A stretch of DNA of 64,000 bases from Nitrospirota bacterium (GCA_963845065.1 CAWJQQ010000001.1:800001-864000), one strand, 5' to 3'; positions 22,468 through 32,353 are shown, counted from the stretch's first letter. Notes: generated by a model from the sequence alone, not told the origin. Made by a program: numbers and translations.

Positions 22468-23372
22468 AGCCGCCCTCCTGAGGTGAAAGTTTCGCAACGT
22501 TCTATGATGCTCCTCATCAGATCCGGCGTCGCTTCCAAATACCAGTAGGTATGGGAAACATTGCTGTGACCGAGATAGGTTGACAGCGCCAACATATGTT
22601 TTGTGATACGCTCGCGGCCATCCGGGCAAGTTTCCAGGGCTCTTACAGCGAAGGTGTGGCGTAATGAGTGAGGTGTGGGTCGATGTAGCCTCGGTCCTCG
22701 CCGCAGCCCGATCTTGTCGACCGCAGTCTGGAATGCGGTTTCAACATCACGAAGAAGCAGTGGCTTTCTGCGCAACGAAACGAATACGTGATCATCGAAG
22801 GGGGCGTAGGGGCGGCGGTGTTTGAGATAACGTTCGAGTCCAGCCTGCGTGGTTTCGTGCAGGGGCACGAGGCGACTTTTGTGAAATTTGGAACACTGGA
22901 TCACCAAACCATCTGGGGTGATGTCCTCAAAGCGCAGCCGGAGTGCTTCGGACACACGCAGTCCCGTGCATGCCAGCAAAGCGAATAGCGTGCTGTAGGT
23001 ATGTTGACGCAAACAACAGGAACCGGACTGAGATGCCGCTTGCACGAGACGGTTGATGTTGTCCTGAGAAAAAATGTAAGGGGTGGGCCGCGACTGTCTC
23101 TCGCTACCAAAGACAGCCGGCGGCAGCTCATGGGATTGATCCTCGGCACGGACATGCCGAGCGAATCGAATTACATGACCGAGCCGAGCAGCGCGCTGGT
23201 GGACCGATCTCGCCAATCCGGCCCACTCTATTGCGATTTCAGAGCAGACGTGCCGCTTGCCTTTTGCATTTGAGAAGGTGGCAAAACTTCGTAAAAAAGT
23301 GCTTTGGGGTTTAAACTCGAACCCGCAAGCACGACGCACAGCCAGATATGACTCCACAGCTTGAGCTAACAT
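22464..23372 (-). CDS. RIT tyrosine recombinase B
   Basis: MLAQAVESYL start; GLRVSE, SKFHKSRLVP, HSLRHTF, LSTYLGH...TYWYL. Confidence 0.9.
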   Translation of the reverse strand: MLAQAVESYLAVRRACGFEFKPQSTFLRSFATFSNAKGKRHVCSEIAIEWAGLARSVHQRAARLGHVIRFARHVRAEDQSHELPPAVFGSERQSRPTPYIFSQDNINRLVQAASQSGSCCLRQHTYSTLFALLACTGLRVSEALRLRFEDITPDGLVIQCSKFHKSRLVPLHETTQAGLERYLKHRRPYAPFDDHVFVSLRRKPLLLRDVETAFQTAVDKIGLRRGPRLHRPTPHSLRHTFAVRALETCPDGRERITKHMLALSTYLGHSNVSHTYWYLEATPDLMRSIIERCETFTSGGRL

Positions 23373-24613
23373 GGCTGCACCTCCGGCCAGGGTTGAGAAA
23401 TCTGTCGTAGAGCGGTCACGTCTACTTTTGCGTAGATTTGCGTAGTCTCGATTGAGCGGTGCCGAAGGACGGCCGCAATGTCCTGCAGCGATGCTCCTTG
23501 CCGCAACATGAAGGTTGCCACGGAATGCCGAAGAAGGTGGGCCGCACCCCTGCTTTGGCAAGAGACGCCCGCTCGGCGCATCGCCTGAGTAACGATGGAC
23601 GATATGGCGGAACTGCGTGAGAAGGCGCGAAAAGGCGCGAGAGAGCGGACAAACAGTACATCTGTGTAAGTTTGAGGACGGCCGCCTTGCAGGTAGCCCA
23701 CTACCGCATGGCCAACCTCCTGGGTCAGAGGCAGCCGAGTCTGACGACGTCCTTTTCCAGACACCTGAATACTGGCTTCTTCCCAATTTATATCGCCCAA
23801 GCGAAGCCGGACGATATCTCCCGCCCGAAGTCCCAGGCGGGCGAGGAGAAGTAGAATCGCACGATCCCGCCTGCCGACTGGTGAGCTCGAATCACAGGAA
23901 CTAATGATACGCTCCACCTCTTCAGGCTGCAGGTACCGCGGTAGAGAGGAAAGACGCCAATGCGCCAGGACCGGAATGGCTGTATCAAGATCATCAGCAC
24001 ACTTGCCTTCAGCGATTAAAAAGCGAAGAAACATGCGAAGTGCTGTCGTACACATTTTTGCTGATGCCCATCCCGAACGTCGGCCTTTCTCCAGGACGAA
24101 CTGTCGCAAGCTCTGTGCATCAAATTTGGATGGATCCTCTCCAAGGTGTATTAGTAACTCTCGAATAGGAAGGCTGTATCTGTTGAGGGTAGGATCACAG
24201 GTTCCGCGCTGCTGGCGCATCCACTGACGGAATGCAGCGAGCAGAATCGGATCCTGATCTGTTGTTTTAGCAACTGAAGCGGTAATTACGCCCGTGCTTC
24301 GCAGATGTCTCAAAAAAAAGCGAGCACTTTTAAGCACGCTCAATCGGTCGGCGTGTGCATAGCCCGGGCATCGGCATCGAGCCAAGTGGCGGTCGAAACG
24401 CTCAAGATTGTTTTCGAACGAACCTGAGATCTGTATGCCTTTTCGATCCGTCCAATAAACAACATGCTCCGCCGCACTGATGTACTTGCGGGCGGTTACC
24501 TCTGCATATCCCTCCTGGTAAAGCTCTTCAGTGAACCTTTCAAGTAACGGGCCACCCGAACCTTCGCGAAGCGCTTGAACTCGCGAATGGCGCTTGAAAT
24601 ACTGTTGAAACAT
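23366..24613 (-). CDS. RIT tyrosine recombinase A
   Basis: SD GGAGG before MFQQYF; LARLGLRAGD, HLLRHS, LRHRSIETTQIYAK. Confidence 0.9.
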   Translation of the reverse strand: MFQQYFKRHSRVQALREGSGGPLLERFTEELYQEGYAEVTARKYISAAEHVVYWTDRKGIQISGSFENNLERFDRHLARCRCPGYAHADRLSVLKSARFFLRHLRSTGVITASVAKTTDQDPILLAAFRQWMRQQRGTCDPTLNRYSLPIRELLIHLGEDPSKFDAQSLRQFVLEKGRRSGWASAKMCTTALRMFLRFLIAEGKCADDLDTAIPVLAHWRLSSLPRYLQPEEVERIISSCDSSSPVGRRDRAILLLLARLGLRAGDIVRLRLGDINWEEASIQVSGKGRRQTRLPLTQEVGHAVVGYLQGGRPQTYTDVLFVRSLAPFRAFSRSSAISSIVTQAMRRAGVSCQSRGAAHLLRHSVATFMLRQGASLQDIAAVLRHRSIETTQIYAKVDVTALRQISQPWPEVQPC

Positions 24614-24772
24614 GATGTCCTCCTTTAACATGAATTTAGGGTCAGGAAGACATCACTATTATGCGGTGTAACTAAATTTGCAAGACGATTCTACTCCGTT
24701 GAAATAATTGCATTGTCGTCGGTCTCCAAGGTTCACCTCTCCGCATAACAATATACTCTGCATTATACTTAG

Positions 24773-24806
24773 GCTTCTTTCTGAAATGCCTTATTCAGAA
24801 AGAAGC
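24773..24806. repeat. 13-bp-stem hairpin between the RIT and the IS91-like element
   Basis: GCTTCTTTCTGAA-atgcctta-TTCAGAAAGAAGC. Confidence 0.7.
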
Positions 24807-25066
24807 TGGTTGAACTATGCCGTACGCGCCACGACGCTATGGGATTTCAAATGATTTTTCTCTTTAAAGCGAGGGTATTGAGTACTGCATCGGCTGGGGC
24901 ATAAGGCCTGTGACGGGTGATTTTCGAGTGAGAAGAAGCGATTCAAGGCAATTTCGCAATCCCAACTCGCAGGAAAAATGTCCTTTGGACAATAGAATAT
25001 TGTTGCGAAGAACATGACCGTTTTCGGATTGGGATAGGGAGGCTGTTTTTTCGGTTTGAGTGATGT

Positions 25067-26260
25067 TCATATGCGTGGCGGTCCTTTGCAACGAGCAGGC
25101 TGTATAATCTCCATGGTATGCATTTTTCGTTCACCGCAGGCAGGACATAATGCGATGTCGATGCCGGTAAATCGGAGTAAAGCTTCTTGCCACGTTTCTG
25201 TCTTCTGTTCCGATTCGTTCTGATTGGCGCAGGCCAGAAGCTCTCTGCACCGGTCGAGTTTCTTCCTGCGGCATCTGTTCCCCAATAAGCTGTAATGTCT
25301 GATTTTCACAAACTTGTCAGGCAACACATGAAGCAGGAACCGCCGGATGAACTCATCGGCTTTAAGGGGCATGATCTTGATTTTGTTGTTATCGGAGTAA
25401 TCGCGCCACCAGAAAGAGACTTCGTCGTTTTCGAGCTTCACGAGCCGGTGATTGCTGATCGCGATCCGGTGAGTGTATCTGCCGAGATACTCAAGAACAT
25501 CCTTGGTCCCATTAAAGGGTGGCTTGCAGTAAACGATCCACTTCTTTTTATACAGGTCGGTGATTAAGGCATTGAAAGCCCCCGGCGACGCAAAATGACT
25601 TATGTCGCCGGGGTAAACGAGTTTGTTTTCGACGCGAAGCTTTTTCAGATAAGCGAGGAACTTTCCCCGAAAAAGATTCGACATCACCTTGACGTGGACA
25701 AAGAAGTCATTCTTGCATGACTTCCATTTCCGCCCATCACTGGACAATCCTCCGCCAGTGACGATGTTGTGAATGTGGGGATGGTTCAAGACGTTCTGAC
25801 CCCAGGTGTGCAAGATGCTGGTGAACCCGATCTCCGCCCCCAGGTGTTTCGGGTTTTTCGAGAGTTCCGTCAGAGTCTCCGAAACGGCTTTGAACAGGAT
25901 CCCATAGAGGACTTCCTGATTCCGGAGGACAAGAGGATTCAGTTTGTCAGGAATGGTGAAAACAACGTGAAAGTACGGTATGGGAAGTAGGTCTTTTCCC
26001 CGGTCCTCAATCCACTTCTCCTTTTTCAGAAACTGGCATTTGGGACAGTGCCGGTTTCTGCAGGAGTTGTACGAGACCATCTTTGTCCCACAGTGCTCAC
26101 ACTCATCCACGTGGCCACCCAAATCAGCTGTGCGGCAAGTTTCTATTGCGCGCATAGCGCGAAGACGATTCACGGGCATGGGATGGGCGCTGCGGTAATC
26201 AGGGCCGTACCGGCGGAAGATATCCGCAACCTCAAGCTGTCTGACTTCTCGTGCACACAT
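25067..26260 (-). CDS. IS91-family (Y2) transposase
   Basis: SCRNRHCPKC zinc domain, HTWG...HPHIH (HUH), YLGRY, EFIRRFLLHVLP. Confidence 0.93.
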   Translation of the reverse strand: MCAREVRQLEVADIFRRYGPDYRSAHPMPVNRLRAMRAIETCRTADLGGHVDECEHCGTKMVSYNSCRNRHCPKCQFLKKEKWIEDRGKDLLPIPYFHVVFTIPDKLNPLVLRNQEVLYGILFKAVSETLTELSKNPKHLGAEIGFTSILHTWGQNVLNHPHIHNIVTGGGLSSDGRKWKSCKNDFFVHVKVMSNLFRGKFLAYLKKLRVENKLVYPGDISHFASPGAFNALITDLYKKKWIVYCKPPFNGTKDVLEYLGRYTHRIAISNHRLVKLENDEVSFWWRDYSDNNKIKIMPLKADEFIRRFLLHVLPDKFVKIRHYSLLGNRCRRKKLDRCRELLACANQNESEQKTETWQEALLRFTGIDIALCPACGERKMHTMEIIQPARCKGPPRI

Positions 26261-26282
26261 GGCGAAGCGACAAGCGGTCCGG

Positions 26283-27140
26283 CTACGAAGTCTTCTTGGA
26301 GTTAGAGGAATTGTCGATATCGAGAGGACTCACGATCTTTGATAGGTTTTTCTTGCTCACGTGGAGGTAGATCGTGGTCGTCCTGATCGATGCGTGGCCC
26401 AACAGCAGTTGAATGTTATAAAGGTCCACCCCGGCCTCGAGCAAATGTGTTGCAAAGCTGTGTCTCAGGCTATGGCAGCTTGCGGACTTGATGATGCCGG
26501 ACTTGCGTTTCGCGCGTTTGAACGCTTGCTGGATGGTGGTAATGCTTATGGGCTGTCCAGGAATTCCTCCTGGGAAGAGCCAGTGTTTAGGGAGATACTT
26601 CTTAAAGTACTCTCGGAGTGTCTCTAGGGTGCGCTTCGACAACAAGGTATACCGATCCTTTTTCCCTTTGCCTTGTTCTACACGGAGAAGCATACGCTTA
26701 CTGTCGATGTCGGATATTTTGAGATGGGCGGTCTCGCTTACCCGGAGGCCTGCGGAGTAGGTTACCATCAGCATCGCGCGCTGCTTCAGGCCGCCAGCGG
26801 ACATCAGTATGGTTTCGACTTCGTTCCGTTCGAGAACGGTGGGAAGCTTTTTGGCCGACTTTGGATAGGGTATCTTGTCCATCACCCATCTTTTTTTGAG
26901 CGTGGTTTCATAAAGAAACCGCAGCGCGGCGTAGGTGATTTTCAAAGAGGATGGGGATAGTTTCCTGTTCTGGACGACGGACAGCAGGAACGACTTGATG
27001 TCGTTCTGCCCAAGACGGTCGGGCGGCTTGTTGAAATGCAGCTCTAAATAGCGAGCTGCCCGGTGATACGCCTCTTGCGTATGCGGACTAAAGTTACGAA
27101 GCACCATATCGCCTTGCATCTGTTCTTTGAACGTTTCCAT
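26283..27140 (-). CDS. Tyrosine recombinase (IS91-associated)
   Basis: YSAGLRVSE, GKGKKDR, HSLRHSFATH, LGHASIRTTTIY. Confidence 0.93.
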   Translation of the reverse strand: METFKEQMQGDMVLRNFSPHTQEAYHRAARYLELHFNKPPDRLGQNDIKSFLLSVVQNRKLSPSSLKITYAALRFLYETTLKKRWVMDKIPYPKSAKKLPTVLERNEVETILMSAGGLKQRAMLMVTYSAGLRVSETAHLKISDIDSKRMLLRVEQGKGKKDRYTLLSKRTLETLREYFKKYLPKHWLFPGGIPGQPISITTIQQAFKRAKRKSGIIKSASCHSLRHSFATHLLEAGVDLYNIQLLLGHASIRTTTIYLHVSKKNLSKIVSPLDIDNSSNSKKTS

Positions 27141-27332
27141 TGCACAATCTCCTTCCGCTGACTTGAAATTCCAACGGCGTGACGCCGGTGGTGATGCGAG
27201 GGAAAATTGTAAATCAGTAGGGATTGTGAAGCAATATGTGAGAGCGTGATATTATTTGGAGATAATTGCGAAGGGATTGCAGATAAAATCAGTGGTGAGT
27301 GAAGAGTACCGCCGCGTAGCGGCTTAGTTCAA

Positions 27333-27364
27333 TGCCTGTAATGCGGTGCACCGCATTACAGGCA
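27333..27364. repeat. Perfect 32-bp palindrome at the RIT/IS110 junction
   Basis: TGCCTG-TAATGCGGTGCACCGCATTA-CAGGCA. Confidence 0.95.
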
Positions 27365-27571
27365 CTTCCCCTGGGTGATGAGATCAGCGACATTTGCAGC
27401 ATCCTTGACATCATGATTGTCCCAGCGGCCGTCCAGAAGCTGCCGGTTGTTCCTGACCGCGACGACTCCTACAAGAACAACCATGTGCCCGCATTTGATC
27501 AGATGCTCCGCCAGGGGCTTGTGGTAGTTCGCTGTTGGTTCGATGCCAAAGACGATTTTCGTCAGACTCAC
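27359..27571 (-). pseudogene. IS110-family transposase, 5' part (truncated)
   Basis: VFGIEPTANYHKPL...DVKDAANVADLITQGKCL; joins in frame to FYEYP beyond 21387. Confidence 0.8.
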
Positions 27572-27582
27572 ATTTGCTTAGT

Positions 27583-27858
27583 AACATTCACTTGCACTAC
27601 GTCCTTAACACATGGGTACAAAATTAGCGAAAGAACAAAGCACGCGGTGAAGTGATTATCGTTCGGTACGCCGACGACTTTGTGATGGGGTTTCAACACC
27701 GGCACGAAGCGGAGCTATTTCTGGAAACGATGAGGAAGCGCTTCTCCGAGCACGGTCTGGAAATCAACAGCGAAAAGACCCGGCTCATCGAATTCGAGCG
27801 GTATGCAGAAGTAAATCGCGCCGAGCGAAGAGAAGGGAAGCCGGAAATTGCAGTTTAA
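27583..27858 (+). pseudogene. Group II intron RT fragment (YADD region)
   Basis: LHYVL, stop, GEVIIVRYADDFVMGFQ...EKTRLIEF; similar to ~15690-15955. Confidence 0.8.
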
Positions 27859-27962
27859 ACTTGTGGCGTTGATTTGCTCCAGAATTCTGCGATAGTATTA
27901 TCTTTTGGAAATTGAAGACTTAACATTAGAAATTTGCAGCGCAAACCTCGACAATAATCAAG

Positions 27963-28012
27963 TTATTTTCTTTACAAAAAGGTTATCTCATACTAAAATC
28001 ATGCCACTTATT
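27963..28012 (+). promoter_or_regulatory. Sigma70-like promoter, copy 1 of a duplicated block
   Basis: TTTACA-17-TAAAAT; shares TTATTTTCTTTACAA and CATACTAAAATCATGCCACTTATT with 29313-29363. Confidence 0.55.
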
Positions 28013-28076
28013 GTTAAGCAGTTTCCAAAATGTTAATTTTTGACTTAAAGTTCCTTAAAAGGTGGAAGGCTAAAAA

Positions 28077-28337
28077 ATGGCTAATGACACTGTATCGTGG
28101 GATGATCCTATTTTAAAAGAGGCAATTAAAATAATTGCAGATGTCTCTGGTGTTAAGGAAGATAGGCTCTTACAAGACTATGTGATTGAGGCAATGTTTA
28201 CTGACCCTATCGTCAAGGCACTCAAGGCTGCATTTGAGGGAAAGTGTACTGTCAACGTTGGGGATACGCAATCGCGGCATTGCCTAACGATAAATGAATT
28301 CCTTTCCGGAATCAAAAAAAATAAGAGCAATGATTAA
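28077..28337 (+). CDS. Hypothetical protein
   Basis: 86-aa ORF downstream of a putative promoter; no recognisable motif. Confidence 0.5.
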   Translation: MANDTVSWDDPILKEAIKIIADVSGVKEDRLLQDYVIEAMFTDPIVKALKAAFEGKCTVNVGDTQSRHCLTINEFLSGIKKNKSND

Positions 28338-28471
28338 ATGATTTTTGATACGTTAGAGTTGCTCGATGATGTGGCTTACGCCAAGGCTATACTCGCTAAA
28401 AAGTCGTTAAGCAATGCAGACCTCGTCTTCTCACTCCGGAACCTCCTCCGTATGAAGTACTATCCTTTGCG

Positions 28472-28750
28472 GTGAAGTTCTTCTTCTCTCAGAATAAACT
28501 CGATGCCTTCAAGAAGAACACTGGCGATTTTGAGGCCATTGATAAACGGATTGCGAGTAATACTCCACCTGATATGTGCCAGACATATAAACGTTTACTG
28601 CATTGAGGAATACCAGAGCATGAAATGAAAATGCTCATTGCGAGTATAGTAGCTGCAGAAATATTCGAGGTCGTATACAGCAGAGAACCGTACAACAATG
28701 AACGTTTCGTCCAGGCGCTCAACAGATTGCCAGAACTGCCTGTAGTGTAA
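28472..28750 (+). pseudogene. Conserved hypothetical (DUF1841-like) pseudogene
   Basis: PPDMCQTYKRLLH*GI...VAAEIFEV...NERFVQALNRLPELP. Confidence 0.4.
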
Positions 28751-28942
28751 TTCTGGAAACAAAAATATTAAAAGTGCAAAATGCGATATGAATTATGCAT
28801 TTTTGTACTCGATTAACTTGATGGGCAGTTCATCCTGATATACAATGTAGTTTACGTTCTTTGCATCACATAATGTTTGAACCTTTTTTTGGTATTCACG
28901 TATCAGGCATATTTATTTGCTAATGTGGGAAGCAATCTCTAT

Positions 28943-29230
28943 ATGAGGATCGTTATTTCAGGTACTCACTTTTCAGGCAAGTCGACGCTTGTCGAAGCGT
29001 TGCCCGACGCGCTCCCCCAGTATACGACGATCGAAGAGCCCTATCACCTCTTGCAGGAGGAAGGATATGAATTCGCGCTGAGTTGCCCTCAATTGAAGAT
29101 TTTGAACTACAGCTGGAGCGATCCATTTGAAAAGCTCAAAGAAATTGTCCTTCAGAATTCATTCGACTTTGAGCTGGATGTGCTGGAAGTCACAGGCAGT
29201 CCTAAGACGCTCTCAATAACTTCATCCTAA
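28943..29230 (+). pseudogene. P-loop (AAA_28-like) ATPase fragment
   Basis: MRIVISGTHFSGKSTL...IEEPY; frameshifted and short. Confidence 0.6.
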
Positions 29231-29312
29231 AGTTCGCAACAATTGTGTATTGTTGAAATTACATAAGTACATCTACGATATTTGCTGCGCATACTTTAAT
29301 AATACCCAAATA

Positions 29313-29363
29313 TTATTTTCTTTACAACACGGTCAGTCCCATACTAAAATCATGCCACTTATT
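29313..29363 (+). promoter_or_regulatory. Sigma70-like promoter, copy 2 of the duplicated block
   Basis: TTTACA-18-TAAAAT upstream of 29416. Confidence 0.55.
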
Positions 29364-29415
29364 TCTGAATCATTTCACAGCTTGAGCATTCTGGGTAAGT
29401 AAGGAGGATATTGCC

Positions 29416-30099
29416 GTGAAACAATCAAACAGAATATCCAGCGGAGCTGCATTCATCGGCGTGTTTTGCACTCTCATCATCGTTATTCTGACAGGCTGTA
29501 CCGAAACACAGGCTACGCCCGCTCCAATCGGAACCGTAAAGCATCTCAAAAGCGGCACGTTGGAGCGACAGGACGGTAATGCCGTATGGAATCACCTGTC
29601 TCAAAACAGCGCCATCCGCGTAGGCGACCACCTGCGCACCGGCCCCGACAGCGTTGCTGTGCTTACGCTGACACATATTGGCGTCGTTCTCATGAAATCA
29701 AACACGGAATACACGGTGGGCAGCGATCCGATGAATTTCAAGACCGTCCTGCACCGGGGTTACATCTGGATCAAGACCACACTTGCGCGAGGGGCGAAGC
29801 TGGACATCTCGACGTCCGATGCAGTAGCAGGCGTTCGAGGAACTAGGGTTTCCGTTCTCTCTGATGAGCATGGTGTCGACGTCTGTACGTGCACAGGAGA
29901 AGTGACGGTTACCCCAAAGAAGGGCAGGAATATGAGCGTCAATAGCGGCATGTACGACTCGATTGGTAAAGATGGAATCGCTAAGGCGCCGAAACACAGT
30001 AAACCGCTTCTGGAGAAGCTATGGAAAGGCGAGCAGTCTCGCTTTACTCCTTGCAGGGATTGCCATCAGAAAGGGAAAAAGGGAAAGGCAAATCTATAG
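29416..30099 (+). CDS. FecR-domain putative lipoprotein with C-terminal CxxCH
   Basis: Lipobox LTGC; GDHLRTGPDS...AVAGVRGT FecR pattern; CRDCH; SD AAGGAGG. Confidence 0.75.
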   Translation: MKQSNRISSGAAFIGVFCTLIIVILTGCTETQATPAPIGTVKHLKSGTLERQDGNAVWNHLSQNSAIRVGDHLRTGPDSVAVLTLTHIGVVLMKSNTEYTVGSDPMNFKTVLHRGYIWIKTTLARGAKLDISTSDAVAGVRGTRVSVLSDEHGVDVCTCTGEVTVTPKKGRNMSVNSGMYDSIGKDGIAKAPKHSKPLLEKLWKGEQSRFTPCRDCHQKGKKGKANL

Positions 30100-30178
30100 G
30101 CTTATGTCGTAGACATTCTACTGCCAGCCGCATGGGTGCGGAATTTGTCAATGACTTTGAGACACCCCGCGACCGAAT

Positions 30179-31198
30179 TTAGTGTACTTTCTCCTCGCTC
30201 ACAGCGACCGGTTTAGGCTTGTTAATCCAAACGGCGTCTGGTAATGAGGGAGGAACAGGAACTTTTTTCACGAACCGCTCAGGATGTGCCTCATAGGCGG
30301 TACGAAGCACCTCGCCCCTGGCTTTCAGCACGTCCAGCGCGAGTCCGTAGTGGACAGACTCCGGCGTGAGCAGCCCAATGCCGGAGTGATGATGCTCGGT
30401 ATTGTACCAGGGGAAAAAGACCTGGCAGAATCCCCGGCCGTCCTCAATGCAGCCGAACCGATCGGGGAAGTCCGGCCGGTACTTGAGCGTTTTGAACTGA
30501 GACTCTGAAAAAGGATTGTCATCGCTCGTATACGGTCTGCTGTGGGTCTTGGTGACGCCCAGATCGGCCATGAGCAAGGCGACCGGTTTCGACCTCATGG
30601 ACGAGCCACGATCCGCATGTATTGTGAGCTGCCCTTTTTCTATATTCTGCTTGGCGCAGGTTTCCTTGATAAGCTTTTCCGCCAAGGCAGCCGATTCCCT
30701 GGGGGCGACCATCCAGCCGACGACGTAGCGGCTGAAGATATCCAGGATCACGTAGAGGTAAAAATAGGACCATTTTGCCGGGCCTAAAAGCTTGGTAATG
30801 TCCCAGGACCAGACTTGGTTCGGCGCAGTAGCCAGAAGCTCCGGCTTCTGATACACGGGGTGGCTGAGCTGGTTCCTGCGCTCCTTGACCTCCTGGTTCG
30901 CGTCGAGGATGCGGTACATGGTGCTTATAGAGCATTGATATGCGCCTTCATCCAATAGGGTTGCATAGACCTCCTGGGGCGCCTTGTCCACGAACCGCTC
31001 AGAATGAAGGACGTCAAGTACGTCTTGCCGTTCGTCTGAAGACAGAGCACGCGGCGGGCTCGGACGTTTCGTCGGCTCCATGGGAGGCGCATTTTTCCGC
31101 GCCTGTGTCCGGTAGAACCCGGAACGAGGGATGTCGAGCGATGCACATGCTGATTTGATCCCGATATCAGAGGAAAGAGTATGGGCGGCTTCCATCAT
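30179..31198 (-). CDS. IS3 OrfB DDE transposase
   Basis: WSWDIT, HADRGS, DNPFSESQFKTLK, YNTEHHHS. Confidence 0.93.
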   Translation of the reverse strand: MMEAAHTLSSDIGIKSACASLDIPRSGFYRTQARKNAPPMEPTKRPSPPRALSSDERQDVLDVLHSERFVDKAPQEVYATLLDEGAYQCSISTMYRILDANQEVKERRNQLSHPVYQKPELLATAPNQVWSWDITKLLGPAKWSYFYLYVILDIFSRYVVGWMVAPRESAALAEKLIKETCAKQNIEKGQLTIHADRGSSMRSKPVALLMADLGVTKTHSRPYTSDDNPFSESQFKTLKYRPDFPDRFGCIEDGRGFCQVFFPWYNTEHHHSGIGLLTPESVHYGLALDVLKARGEVLRTAYEAHPERFVKKVPVPPSLPDAVWINKPKPVAVSEEKVH

Positions 31199-31698
31199 TC
31201 GTTCTTTCCACTCTCGTCGGTCGCAATCGGGATCCCCAGAATCGCCGATATTTTTTTTTGAACATCGATGATGATTTCGGCCTGCCTGAGGCGATTGGTA
31301 AGCCGGTCATTCTCCTTGCGGAGTTTCTCGTTCTCTACCCGCAAAGGATTCCGGACGGTTTCCTTTCGTCCCCGTTTTTTGGGCGCGAGGCCGGATAGTA
31401 CGCCGCGATCGCGCTGACCTCGCCAAGTGTTGAGATTTGATGCATAGAGTCCTTCACGGCGCAGGAGCTCACCAAGGCACCCAGGCTCATTGCAGGCATC
31501 GGCCAGTGTCAGAACGCGCAGCTTATATTCAGCCGTAAAACGTCGCCGGGCGGCTTTAACCGGAACTTCTGGATCAGGTGGGGCCGCAGCAGCACCATGA
31601 AGCAAACTGACTTCTTTAGGTGCTCCTCCCCAGGGAACCTCAGTCGCCCTACGGGCTCCTTCGTTTCCCTGGGATGCTTTGATCTTTGATGCTACCAT
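31195..31698 (-). CDS. IS3 OrfA (HTH + leucine zipper)
   Basis: RRRFTAEYK...LLRREGLY...coiled coil. Confidence 0.9.
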   Translation of the reverse strand: MVASKIKASQGNEGARRATEVPWGGAPKEVSLLHGAAAAPPDPEVPVKAARRRFTAEYKLRVLTLADACNEPGCLGELLRREGLYASNLNTWRGQRDRGVLSGLAPKKRGRKETVRNPLRVENEKLRKENDRLTNRLRQAEIIIDVQKKISAILGIPIATDESGKNE

Positions 31699-32353
31699 AT
31701 AGATTTCTCCTCCCCGCCCTCTACTCTAATTTACCACAGGGGAGGTGTCTCAGTTATATTGACACAGAGGGGTGTTGAGGGGACTGAAACTTATCAATGG
31801 ACAACAGGAGCGCGCCTTCATAACGATAGAGCGCCCTTTGAAAGCACTATTTTTCGGAATGAGTAATCTGAGTGATGGCACATAAATCGTCATCACTTAA
31901 TCCGTTCTACCTGGCAAATCGGGGAAAATAAAAAAAGATAACAAAAGGAGAATATGTTAATCATGTCTATGCGGGTTACAAACCGAATCTGTTGATTGTT
32001 GCAAACAATTAGAATTACACACTTGAGGTGTACCTTACAGAGATCCTAATTTTGATCGAAGTGCAGAATCGGTAGTAACTATAAGTGCGATATTCTTACA
32101 GAAGCATGCATGCTTTAGACTGCACGGATTGCACAATACATCTATTCTTTCTCTTCTCAAGTTCCCGAATCATGCATGTCCATTATCGCTTCAATTCAGT
32201 TGCTATTAAAATCGTTATGCAAAAATTCATTCCTATTTTGGGGGAATGTGCGGAGAGAATTATGAGATAAAGTAAGAGGGGAGCGCCCGGTTACAGCCCG
32301 AGTACTGCCCCTTGGAGCTGAAAAATATTTATTTTATTGAAAATATATAAAAT

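Larger units (their letters stand above)
21393..24765 (-). mobile_element. RIT (recombinase-in-trio) element
   Basis: Three overlapping tyrosine recombinase genes between perfect 27-bp IRs TAATGCAGAGTATATTGTTATGCGGAG (21393-21419 / 24739-24765). Confidence 0.92.
24810..27332 (-). mobile_element. IS91-like element carrying a tyrosine recombinase and a Y2 HUH transposase
   Basis: Ends TTGAACTATGCCG and CGGCTTAGTTCAA (imperfect IR); two-gene unit. Confidence 0.8.
30146..31764 (-). mobile_element. IS3-family insertion sequence (true ends may extend a few bp)
   Basis: IRs TGTCAATGACTTTGAGACACC / GGTGTCTCAGTTATATTGACA; orfA/orfB with an A9 slippery run at 31251-31259 whose -1 frame reads into orfB. 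Confidence 0.88.

Noticed and set aside
26283..27140. This recombinase (or 54834-56162) as an integron integrase IntI
   Set aside because: Too short, no IntI-specific insertion before HxLRH, and coupled to IS91-like transposases.
28472..28750. In-frame TGA as selenocysteine
   Set aside because: Not in a redox or Cys-like motif, no evident SECIS hairpin, and the gene's 5' part is also broken.
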